A stretch of 63,588 nt of DNA from Cyanobacteriota bacterium (lineage in GTDB: Bacteria > Cyanobacteriota > Cyanobacteriia > PCC-6307 > Cyanobiaceae). Numbering within the stretch: position 1 is the stretch's first letter; the number at the start of each line of letters is the position of its first letter. Under the pieces are notes generated by a model. The model was not told the origin of the DNA and did no database searches. It worked only from the letters and a program-made list of their open reading frames with translations. Location: positions 1 through 63,588 of the forward strand of contig JAYKGR010000021.1 of assembly GCA_035285645.1 (NCBI GenBank). Reading direction: 5' to 3'. The translations under genes were made by a program, and so were the position numbers. Below, in pieces: positions 27,950-36,628 of this stretch.

Positions 27950-28882
27950 GTGTTTCTCAGCGTCGTCATTCCCACCTACAACCGACTACCGATCCTGCGC
28001 CAGTGTTTGCAAGCTCTTGAGCAGCAACATCTGGCCGGGCCGGTGGAGGGCTATGAAGTGGTGCTGGTCGACGACGGATCCACCGATGCCACGGTGGCCT
28101 GGCTCAGCGAGCACGCCGCCAGCTTTCCCCATCTGCGTCTGATTCAGCAGGAGCACGGTGGCCCCGCCGCCGGTCGCAACCGTGGCGTCGAGGCCGCCCG
28201 CGGTGACGTGATCGTGTTCATCGACAGCGACCTGGTGGTCACGCCAGGTTTTCTGACGTGTCACGCCACCGCCCTCGCCGCCGACTGGCAACGCCGAGGA
28301 GATCGCCGCAGCTTCACCTACGGCGCGGTGATCAACACTGCCAATTTTGAGAATCCCACGGGCGAGCGCCACAAGCTTCGCGACCTGTCGTGGGCGTACT
28401 TCGCCACCGGTAACGTGGCCATTGAGAAGCAGCTTCTGGAGCGCGCCGGGCTGTTTGATCCCGGTTTCCACCTCTACGGCTGGGAAGATCTGGAACTCGG
28501 TGAGCGGCTACGGATGTTGGACGTGCGACTGGTGCGCTGTCCCGATGCCGTGGGGTATCACTGGCATCCTCCCCTCAGCCTGGAGCAGATCCCCCATCTG
28601 GTGCGGGTGGAGCACGAACGGGCCAGGATGGGCCTACTTTTTTATCGTAAGCATCCCAGCCGGCGGGTGCGGTTCATCATTCAGTACACCTGGTTGCATC
28701 GCCTGCTGTGGGAGGTGCTCACCCTTGGCGGTCTGCTGAATGAGCGAAGCCTGAGGCCCTGCCTGGCCTGGCTGATCCGCAGTGGCCGGGCCGACCTGGC
28801 GATGGAATTGCTGCGACTCCCCCTGAACCGCATCGGCGTACGCGCCCTGTTTGCTCGAGCCAGGGCTGAACAGGCCATTTGA
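27950..28882 (+). CDS. Family 2 glycosyltransferase
   Basis: SVVIPTYNR, VDDGSTD, FIDSD and YGWEDLE. Confidence 0.93.
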   Translation: MFLSVVIPTYNRLPILRQCLQALEQQHLAGPVEGYEVVLVDDGSTDATVAWLSEHAASFPHLRLIQQEHGGPAAGRNRGVEAARGDVIVFIDSDLVVTPGFLTCHATALAADWQRRGDRRSFTYGAVINTANFENPTGERHKLRDLSWAYFATGNVAIEKQLLERAGLFDPGFHLYGWEDLELGERLRMLDVRLVRCPDAVGYHWHPPLSLEQIPHLVRVEHERARMGLLFYRKHPSRRVRFIIQYTWLHRLLWEVLTLGGLLNERSLRPCLAWLIRSGRADLAMELLRLPLNRIGVRALFARARAEQAI

Positions 28883-28899
28883 TAGGTTGGCTGGGTACC

Positions 28900-29005
28900 C
28901 AACACCGCACACCTGCGTGTTTCGGGTGACCACGGGCGATCCGGAAGCCTCTGCTTCCCTCATCCTGGTCCCTGGCAGGTGGAGGCAAACCCGAAACCCC
29001 AACTG
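28900..29005 (+). ncRNA. rpsB leader (S2 autoregulatory / t44-like RNA)
   Basis: CACACCTGC pairs with GCAGGTG-GAGG and GTTTCGGGT pairs with ACCCGAAAC directly upstream of rpsB; boundaries approximate. Confidence 0.7.
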
Positions 29006-29010
29006 AACCC

Positions 29011-29727
29011 ATGGCCGTCGTCACTCTTGCCGAGATGATGGAGGCTGGTGCCCACTTTGGTCACCAGACTCGTCGCTGGAACCCCAAAATGTCGCGCTAC
29101 ATCTACTGCGCGCGTAATGGCGTTCACATCATTGATCTCGTGCAGACAGCCGTCTGCATGAACAACGCCTACAAATGGGTGCGCAGTTCTGCCCGAAGCG
29201 GCAAGCGTTTCTTGTTTGTCGGCACCAAGAAGCAGGCCTCCGAGGTGATCGCCCAGGAAGCCGCCCGTTGTGGCGCTGCCTATGTGAACCAGCGCTGGCT
29301 AGGGGGCATGCTGACCAACTGGACCACCATGCGGGCCCGCATCGACCGGCTCAAAGACCTGGAGCGCATGGAGTCATCCGGTGCGATCGCCATGCGTCCC
29401 AAAAAGGAGGCGGCCGTGCTGCGCCGTGAGCTCGACCGGCTTCAGAAATACCTCGGTGGTCTGAAGAACATGCGTCGGCTTCCGGATGTCGTCATCCTGG
29501 TGGACCAGCGCCGGGAAACCAACGCCGTGCTCGAAGCCCGCAAGCTTGACATTCCATTGGTGTCGATGCTCGACACCAACTGCGATCCCGATCTCTGCGA
29601 CGTGCCCATCCCCTGCAACGACGACGCCGTGCGCTCCGTACAGCTGGTGCTCGGACGGTTGGCCGACGCGATCAATGAGGGTCGCCACGGCGCCGGTGAT
29701 CAGCGCAGCGACGACGACGAAGGCTGA
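29011..29727 (+). CDS. rpsB: 30S ribosomal protein S2
   Basis: [25 protein letters not shown] and PCNDDA. Confidence 0.98.
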   Translation: MAVVTLAEMMEAGAHFGHQTRRWNPKMSRYIYCARNGVHIIDLVQTAVCMNNAYKWVRSSARSGKRFLFVGTKKQASEVIAQEAARCGAAYVNQRWLGGMLTNWTTMRARIDRLKDLERMESSGAIAMRPKKEAAVLRRELDRLQKYLGGLKNMRRLPDVVILVDQRRETNAVLEARKLDIPLVSMLDTNCDPDLCDVPIPCNDDAVRSVQLVLGRLADAINEGRHGAGDQRSDDDEG

Positions 29728-29797
29728 TGGGAGCGGCCCTGCCGCCTCCCTCCGCACCGTTTCCACCGCATACCCCCCCCCACTTCCACCCCACCCC

Positions 29798-30454
29798 ATG
29801 GCTGAGATCTCCGCGAAGCTCGTCAAGGAACTGCGCGACAAGACGGGCGCCGGCATGATGGACTGCAAGAAAGCCTTGGCAGCCACCTCCGGCGACAGCG
29901 AAAAGGCGATTGAATGGCTGCGCCAGAAGGGCATCGCCTCCGCTGAGAAAAAGGCTGGCCGCACCGCCGCTGAAGGAGCCGTGGGCAGCTACATCCACAC
30001 CGGAGCCCGTGTGGGTGTGCTGGTGGAGGTGAACTGCGAAACCGACTTCGTGGCCCGGGGAGAGGTGTTTCAGGAGCTGGTCCGCAACGTGGCCATGCAA
30101 GTGGCGGCTTGTCCTGGGGTTGACTACGTCACCACCGACCAGATTCCCCAGGAGGTTGTGGATCGCGAAACCTCGATCGAGATGGGTCGCGACGACCTCG
30201 CCGGTAAGAAGGAGGAGATGAAGCAGAAGATCGTGGCCGGACGCATCGGCAAACGGCTCAAGGAAATGGCCCTGCTGGAGCAACCCTTCATCAAGGACAG
30301 CAGTGTCACGGTCGGGGAGATGGTGAAACAGGCAGCCGGAAAAATCGGTGAAAACATCCAGGTTCGTCGCTTCACGCGTTACAACCTGGGCGAGGGTATT
30401 GAAGTCGAGCAAGCCGACTTCGCCGCCGAAGTGGCGGCTATGAAAGCCTCCTGA
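29798..30454 (+). CDS. tsf: Elongation factor Ts (short cyanobacterial form)
   Basis: [19 protein letters not shown] and NCETDFVA; start MAEISAK. Confidence 0.98.
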   Translation: MAEISAKLVKELRDKTGAGMMDCKKALAATSGDSEKAIEWLRQKGIASAEKKAGRTAAEGAVGSYIHTGARVGVLVEVNCETDFVARGEVFQELVRNVAMQVAACPGVDYVTTDQIPQEVVDRETSIEMGRDDLAGKKEEMKQKIVAGRIGKRLKEMALLEQPFIKDSSVTVGEMVKQAAGKIGENIQVRRFTRYNLGEGIEVEQADFAAEVAAMKAS

Positions 30455-30467
30455 TCCGGACCTCACC

Positions 30468-31547
30468 ATGAACGAGCTGGACGATTTCATCCCCCAGCTC
30501 TACCGCTGCCTGGCGCTTTACCTCCAGGTCATGCGCCAGGGCCTGCTCCCCGCCGTGGAGCAGGCCTGTTTCCATCTGGCCACCCAGATCAGCCCCACCC
30601 GCTACGCGAGGCTTTCACCCGGGCGGCGGCGTCAGTTTCATCAACGCCTCCAGCTTCTGGTGCGGCGTTGCTCCAGCCTCCTCACCGTGGAGCAGCTGGC
30701 CAACCTCGCGGCTCGTCTGCACGACGAGCATGAGCAGCAACGCCAGGAGCAGCAGCACGAGATGATCCATGGCCTCCCTCACCACCACGACGAAGACGAG
30801 ACGCTGCCGGCGGGGTCGATCCGGCTGGATCTGCAGCCTCCGATCTCAATCGAACCAAACCATTGGCTGAAGACAACGGCTGCTCCTGCGCCACCCTGGT
30901 CTGAGAACGCGCCCTTCAGCGATGGCAGCTCCGCAGACGAAGAGGAGAGCACAGCCGCAGACGACGATGACGAGGAAGTGAACGTTGCCGACGTGTCAGC
31001 ACGGTTGCTGGAGGCCTTCGCCATGGCCATCGGTGCCGGCATTCTGGGCGGTGGCGAGCCCCCACCCATGCCCTCCCCCTGGCAGGACGGTGGCTTGCCG
31101 CACCATCCACTGTTGCTGCTGCAGTGGCTCGAATGGTTCGAGCAGGCGATCACCCGACGTTTGCGCAACCTCTCCCATGCGATCAACGTGGAACTCACCC
31201 ATGCGGGGCTCTGCTCCAGCCTGTTGCCGATGGGGGTGCTCGATGCCGTGATCGACGGACAGATTGAATCCCAGGGTGGACCGCCGAACCTGCTGAAACT
31301 CGACGTGCCGCTGACCATCGAGATCGCCACCGGGCAACTGCAGATGTCGGCGGTGCTGCTGCGGAGCACCGATCTCGAGATGGAACAGCCGAAGCTGCGC
31401 ACCTGCCGTCACCGATTGGTGCAAAAACGTCAGGAGTTGCGCAGAATGGCCGACCAATACCGCCGCCTGCAGCGGCGGCAGCAGATCAGCGAGGCGGAAC
31501 GCTTGTGGCTGCAGGATCAGCGGGCCTCCCAGCGCCCCAGCCCCTGA
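30468..31547 (+). CDS. Hypothetical protein between tsf and recG
   Basis: 359-aa ORF with host-like codons, helical ends and an acidic/His-rich central region. Confidence 0.75.
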   Translation: MNELDDFIPQLYRCLALYLQVMRQGLLPAVEQACFHLATQISPTRYARLSPGRRRQFHQRLQLLVRRCSSLLTVEQLANLAARLHDEHEQQRQEQQHEMIHGLPHHHDEDETLPAGSIRLDLQPPISIEPNHWLKTTAAPAPPWSENAPFSDGSSADEEESTAADDDDEEVNVADVSARLLEAFAMAIGAGILGGGEPPPMPSPWQDGGLPHHPLLLLQWLEWFEQAITRRLRNLSHAINVELTHAGLCSSLLPMGVLDAVIDGQIESQGGPPNLLKLDVPLTIEIATGQLQMSAVLLRSTDLEMEQPKLRTCRHRLVQKRQELRRMADQYRRLQRRQQISEAERLWLQDQRASQRPSP

Positions 31548-34033
31548 GCTCCGATCCCGGGACCCTCGAGCCCTGGTGCCGCACGCTGCAGCAGGCCTGC
31601 GCCCTGGAGGTGCAACGGGGATTCGCGGACCTGCAGGGCCGACACGAACGGTTCAGCGCCTTTCTATCCCGCTCGCTGGCATCGCCGCCGATGGCCCTGG
31701 CGGCCAGCGACCAGGGTTTGCTGCGGGATCTGGCGGCTCGTTTTTCAGGCTATGGCCTGCTGCCGCTGGGCCAGCGGCAGCAGGCGGTGCGGCAGGTGCG
31801 ACAAGCCCTGCATCAGCTGCTCAGCCGCCACAGGCCCCAGAGCCCCATGGCCCCCCCGCGGCTGCGACTGGGCGAGGCCCCAAACGCCAGGGCGGCTGAC
31901 CGTGAATCCAAGGGGGTGCGAGGACTCGAGCCCCACACCCCTCTGGCCGACGTGACGGGGATCGGCCCGCGCACCGCCACGCGGCTGGCCGGCATGGGCC
32001 TGCTGGTGGCCCGCGACCTGCTGCACCACTACCCGCGCGATTACCTCGACTACGCCAACCTGGTGCGCATCGCTGCCCTTCATCCTGGCAGCACCGCCAC
32101 GATCGTGGCGAGCGTGCGGCGCGCCCATGCCTTCAGCAGCCCTCGCAACCCCAACCTGGCGATCCTGGAGCTGCAACTCCAGGATGCCACCGGCCGACTG
32201 AAGGTGTCGCGCTTTTTTGCGGGGCGGCGCTTCACGAGCCCAGGCTGGCTGCGTGCCCAGCAACGGGCATATCCCGTGGGTTCCACGGTGGCCGTGAGTG
32301 GCCTCGTCAAGCCCGGCCCCTGGGGCCCCCAATTCCAGGATCCGCTGCTGGAGGTGCTCGAAGGCCCCGGTGCACCCGTGAAACATCCCCAGATCGGCCG
32401 CCTGGTGCCGGTGTACAGCCTCACCGATGGCCTGGGTGCCGAACGCCTGCGCCAGTGCATCGCTCAGGTGCTGCCCCTGGCTGACCAGGAACCCGATCCG
32501 CTCCCGGATGCACTGCGGCAACGGCTACAGCTGCAGCCACGCCGCCAGGCGCTGCGCACGCTGCATCAGCCCAGCAACCGAGAAGCGCTGCAAGACGGTC
32601 GCCGACGGTTGGTCTTCGATGAACTGCTGCTGCTCCAGCTATCGCTGGCCTTGCGGCGCCAGCACCTGCGACGTCAGCCGGCCCCCACCCTGCCGCCGCC
32701 CGGGGATGCGCTCGATCTGGTGGCCCGGCTGCTGAAGCTGCTGCCCTTCCCGCTCACCGCCGCCCAACGCCGGGTGCTGGCCGAGATCCAGGCCGACCTG
32801 GCCCGCCCCCAACCGATGGCGCGGCTGCTGCAGGGCGATGTAGGCAGCGGCAAAACCGTGGTGGCCCTGGCCGCCCTGCTCACCGCCATCAGCGCCGGCT
32901 GTCAGGGCGCCTTGATGGCACCCACCGAGGTGCTGGCTGAGCAGCACTACCAAAAACTGACCCAGTGGCTGCCCCAGCTGCATGTGACCGTGGCCCTGCT
33001 CACCGGTTCCACCCCGACCCGCCGCCGCCGCCAGCTGCTGAACGATCTGGCCAACGGCCAGCTCGCCCTGCTTGTGGGCACCCACGCTCTGCTGGAGGAC
33101 CCGGTGCAGTTCGAGCGGCTCGGGCTGGTGGTCGTGGATGAACAGCACCGTTTTGGGGTGCGTCAGCGCAATCGCCTGCTGGCCAAAGGCCTCCAGCCCC
33201 ACCTGCTGACGATGACGGCCACGCCGATCCCTCGCACGCTGGCCCTCTCGCTGCACGGCGACCTGGATGTCAGTCAGATCGATGAGCTGCCTCCGGGCCG
33301 TACGCCGGTTCAGACCCGACGCCTGGGGAGCGGCGACCGGGAGGAAGCCTGGGCGCTGATTCGAGAGCAGGTGGAACGCGGTCAGCGGGCCTATGTGGTG
33401 CTGCCGCTGGTGGAGGAATCAGAAAAGTTGGATCTGCGCTCAGCCGTGGAGGAGCATCGCCTGCTGGCGGAACAGGTGTTTCCCGATCTGCGGGTGGGCC
33501 TGCTGCACGGCCGCCTCAGCAGCGAAGACAAACAGGCGGCGATTGGCGCGTTTGCCTCCGGTGCCACCCAGGTGCTGGTCAGCACCACCGTGGTGGAAGT
33601 GGGTGTGGATGTGCCCCAGGCGAGTGTGATGGTGATCGACCATGCCGAGCGGTTTGGCCTGGCCCAGTTGCACCAGTTGCGGGGCCGGGTGGGTCGGGGG
33701 GCGGCGGCCTCCCATTGCCTGCTGATCCAGCACGGCAGCAACGCCCAGGCCCGCCAGCGCCTGGAGGTGCTGGTCGGCAGCAACGATGGTTTCGAGATCG
33801 CCGAGATGGACCTGCGCCTGCGGGGGCCTGGACAGGTGCTCGGCACACGCCAGTCGGGCCTGCCGGACCTGGCCCTGGCCAGCCTGACGGACGATGGCGA
33901 CCTCCTGGAACTCGCCCGCGAGGTGGCCCGCGACATCGTGGAGAAGGATCCGCAGCTGCGGCAGCACCCCCAGCTGGCCGCTGCGCTGGAGCAGCAGCGG
34001 GCGCGCCAGGCCGAGGTGGCGCGCCTCAACTAA
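31505..34033 (+). CDS. recG: ATP-dependent DNA helicase RecG
   Basis: QGDVGSGKT, DEQHRFG, MTATPIPRT and QLRGRVGR; start approximate. Confidence 0.97.
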   Translation: MAAGSAGLPAPQPLSSDPGTLEPWCRTLQQACALEVQRGFADLQGRHERFSAFLSRSLASPPMALAASDQGLLRDLAARFSGYGLLPLGQRQQAVRQVRQALHQLLSRHRPQSPMAPPRLRLGEAPNARAADRESKGVRGLEPHTPLADVTGIGPRTATRLAGMGLLVARDLLHHYPRDYLDYANLVRIAALHPGSTATIVASVRRAHAFSSPRNPNLAILELQLQDATGRLKVSRFFAGRRFTSPGWLRAQQRAYPVGSTVAVSGLVKPGPWGPQFQDPLLEVLEGPGAPVKHPQIGRLVPVYSLTDGLGAERLRQCIAQVLPLADQEPDPLPDALRQRLQLQPRRQALRTLHQPSNREALQDGRRRLVFDELLLLQLSLALRRQHLRRQPAPTLPPPGDALDLVARLLKLLPFPLTAAQRRVLAEIQADLARPQPMARLLQGDVGSGKTVVALAALLTAISAGCQGALMAPTEVLAEQHYQKLTQWLPQLHVTVALLTGSTPTRRRRQLLNDLANGQLALLVGTHALLEDPVQFERLGLVVVDEQHRFGVRQRNRLLAKGLQPHLLTMTATPIPRTLALSLHGDLDVSQIDELPPGRTPVQTRRLGSGDREEAWALIREQVERGQRAYVVLPLVEESEKLDLRSAVEEHRLLAEQVFPDLRVGLLHGRLSSEDKQAAIGAFASGATQVLVSTTVVEVGVDVPQASVMVIDHAERFGLAQLHQLRGRVGRGAAASHCLLIQHGSNAQARQRLEVLVGSNDGFEIAEMDLRLRGPGQVLGTRQSGLPDLALASLTDDGDLLELAREVARDIVEKDPQLRQHPQLAAALEQQRARQAEVARLN

Positions 34034-34058
34034 CGTCGCAGGCCCGGCCACACCATGG

Positions 34059-34775
34059 ATGCCGCCGCTGCGCCCCTGGAGTTTCATCCCGATTCACGAC
34101 AACGGTGACGAGCTGCTCGAACTCCCGGCGGCGCTTCTGCGGCTGGAACCGCACCCCTACAGGGAGCTGGGGGCTCCCTATGGATCCAATGGCTGTCCCT
34201 TTCGGCTGCGCAGCGGCGTGGTGCAGCGGCTGCTCCAGGCCCAGGGGCTCCTGCGGCAGCGGCAGGAGGGAGTGCAGTTGGCGATCTTTGACGGCTGGCG
34301 GCCGCTGGCGGTGCAACGCTTCATGGTGGAGTGGGCCTATGCGCAGGAGTGCCGGCAGCGAGGGCTAGATCCGCACGAGCCAGGGCCTGACACCGACGCG
34401 GTACGCCGCGCCGTGGGCCGCTTCTGGGCGCCACCCAGCGATGACCCTGCCACACCACCACCGCACAGCACCGGCGCTGCGGTGGATCTCACCCTGGCAA
34501 CGCTGGAGGGTGAGCCGCTCGACATGGGCGGTGCCATCGATGCGATCGGGCCGCAATCGGAACCGAATCATCACGCCGCCGCGGCAGCCGCCGATCCAAA
34601 CGGCGCACCAGCCCGCTGGCATCGGCGGCGCCAGCTCCTGGCCGAGGTGCTGGCGGAGGTCGGCCTGGCTCGTCACCCCAACGAATGGTGGCATTTCAGC
34701 CACGGCGACCAACTCTGGGCCTGGCGCTGCGGTGAGGCCCGCGCCCACTACGGCAGGGTGCCGGAGCAGGCCTGA
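34059..34775 (+). CDS. D-Ala-D-Ala dipeptidase (M15D, VanX/DdpX-like)
   Basis: IFDGWRP, PHSTGAAVDLTL and NEWWHFS; start at MPPLRPW. Confidence 0.88.
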   Translation: MPPLRPWSFIPIHDNGDELLELPAALLRLEPHPYRELGAPYGSNGCPFRLRSGVVQRLLQAQGLLRQRQEGVQLAIFDGWRPLAVQRFMVEWAYAQECRQRGLDPHEPGPDTDAVRRAVGRFWAPPSDDPATPPPHSTGAAVDLTLATLEGEPLDMGGAIDAIGPQSEPNHHAAAAAADPNGAPARWHRRRQLLAEVLAEVGLARHPNEWWHFSHGDQLWAWRCGEARAHYGRVPEQA

Positions 34776-36529
34776 GCCAGCAGGCTGCGAATCCGCTCTT
34801 CGCCGCAGCGACCGACAAACTCGCCGAAACTGCGCCGGCCGCCTTCCTCACGCCAGGCGAGCAACACCGGTTCCAAGGTGGTTTCCAGATCGTCCAGCGG
34901 CATGCGATCGATGTACGGCGCGGCCAGACAGGTGAGGTTGGGGGTACCGCCCAGCCAGAGCTGATACTGGTTGACGCCGCTGCCCACCAAACCCAGCTCG
35001 GCCATGTAAGGCCGAGCGCAGCCATTGGGGCAGCCGGTCATGCGCACCAGCAGCGAGCGCTCGATCTCGAGGCGACGCAGTAGAGCATCGAGGCGCTCCA
35101 GCACCTCGGGAAGGATGCGCTCGGATTCGGTGATCGCCAGCCCGCAGGTGGGAAGCGCCGGACAGGCGATGGCATGGCGGGCCAACCGCGGCGGTGCCTC
35201 CGGGGTGGCGTAGCCCAGCTCCGCCAGGGCGGCGCGGATGCCAGCCCGCTGGGCGGTGCCGATGTTGGCCAGCAGCAGATCTTGGTTGGGGGTGAGCCGC
35301 ACCTCCAGCTTGTAGGTGTCCACCAGGCGCCGCAGGCCCGCTTTCAAGGGACCCTCCAAGCGACCACACAGCAGAGGCAATCCCACAAACCAGCGGCCTC
35401 CTCCCTGGCGATGCCAACCCAGGTAATCGCAGAGCTGGGTCTTGGGTTCGCGCCGCATCGGCGCGATGGGATGGGGAAAGTAGCGCTGCAGCTCCTGCCG
35501 GAACCACGCGATGCCACGGTCGTGAATCAGGTATTTCATGCGGGCGTGGCGACGCTGCTGGCGATCACCGTGATCGCGCTGCAGAGCCAGGATCGCCTGC
35601 ACAAGGTCCAACACATGGTCGGCGGCCACGTACCCGAGGGGATCGGCGGTGCGCGCGAAGGTTTCTTCCTTGTTGTGAGTGCGGCCCATCCCGCCGCCGA
35701 CCACCACATTGCAGCCCTGGGGGCGGCCTGAGGCATCGCAGAACAGCACCAGGCCAATGTCCTGGGTCAGCAGGTCCACCGAGTTGTCACCCGGCACGGT
35801 CACGGCCACCTTGAATTTGCGGGGTAGATAGGTGGACCCGTAGAGCGGTTCGGCCGCATCCCCGCTGAAGAGAGCTCCCTCGGCCTGACGCTCACGGGCG
35901 CGCCGCACGGGGGCTTTAGGACGAATTCTGTAGCTCAGGTCGCCGTCGACCCAGAGATCGAGGTAAGAGCCCTGCGCCGCCTCGGGGGTGAGCAGGTCGG
36001 CCACCGCATCAGCCAGTTCACGGGCTGCTGGATAGGCACCGGTCTCAAACGGAGCGGCGGGCGCCATCACGTTGCGGTTGATATCGCCGCAGGCCGCGAG
36101 AGTGGAGCCCATGTGGCGCACGATCGTGCCGATCACTTCGTGCAGGTGCTGTTTGCGCACCCCATGCATCTGGAAAGCCTGACGGGTGGTGGTGCGCAAG
36201 GTGCCATTGCCCAGCCGGTCAGCCAGATCATCGAGGGCCAGGTAAAGATCAGCCGGAATGCGTCCACCAGGGCTGCGCAGCCTGAGCATCATCGACCAGT
36301 CCTTCTCCTCCCCCTTGCGCCGGTTATCGCGGTTGTCCTGCTGGTAGCTGCCGTGGAACTTGAGAATCTGAACGGCGCTGTCGCTGAACTGGGGCAGGTC
36401 GTTGAGCAGTTCGCTGGCCAACGGTTCGCGCAGATGGCCACTGTTCGCCTTCAGCTGCTCAAACCGGCTGGGCGATTGGGGCGATGCGGCCGTGGCGGCC
36501 CCGGGTTGGCTGCCGATCGACTCGGACAT
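34748..36529 (-). CDS. sir: Ferredoxin-sulfite reductase
   Basis: LKFHGSYQQDNRD, LPRKFK, CPALPTC and TGCPNGC; start at MSESIGS. Confidence 0.93.
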   Translation of the reverse strand: MSESIGSQPGAATAASPQSPSRFEQLKANSGHLREPLASELLNDLPQFSDSAVQILKFHGSYQQDNRDNRRKGEEKDWSMMLRLRSPGGRIPADLYLALDDLADRLGNGTLRTTTRQAFQMHGVRKQHLHEVIGTIVRHMGSTLAACGDINRNVMAPAAPFETGAYPAARELADAVADLLTPEAAQGSYLDLWVDGDLSYRIRPKAPVRRARERQAEGALFSGDAAEPLYGSTYLPRKFKVAVTVPGDNSVDLLTQDIGLVLFCDASGRPQGCNVVVGGGMGRTHNKEETFARTADPLGYVAADHVLDLVQAILALQRDHGDRQQRRHARMKYLIHDRGIAWFRQELQRYFPHPIAPMRREPKTQLCDYLGWHRQGGGRWFVGLPLLCGRLEGPLKAGLRRLVDTYKLEVRLTPNQDLLLANIGTAQRAGIRAALAELGYATPEAPPRLARHAIACPALPTCGLAITESERILPEVLERLDALLRRLEIERSLLVRMTGCPNGCARPYMAELGLVGSGVNQYQLWLGGTPNLTCLAAPYIDRMPLDDLETTLEPVLLAWREEGGRRSFGEFVGRCGEERIRSLLAQACSGTLP

Positions 36530-36628
36530 CACACGCTCGGAACAAGAACCTGAAGCTAGCGAACAGCACAGGGCGGCCTGGGGTGCGGGCCAGGCATTCA
36601 ATACGATCGACGCAACCGGTGAGGAGTT

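Noticed and set aside
29798-30454. EF-Ts of only about 218 aa as a possible truncation
   Set aside because: The short form is normal for cyanobacteria.
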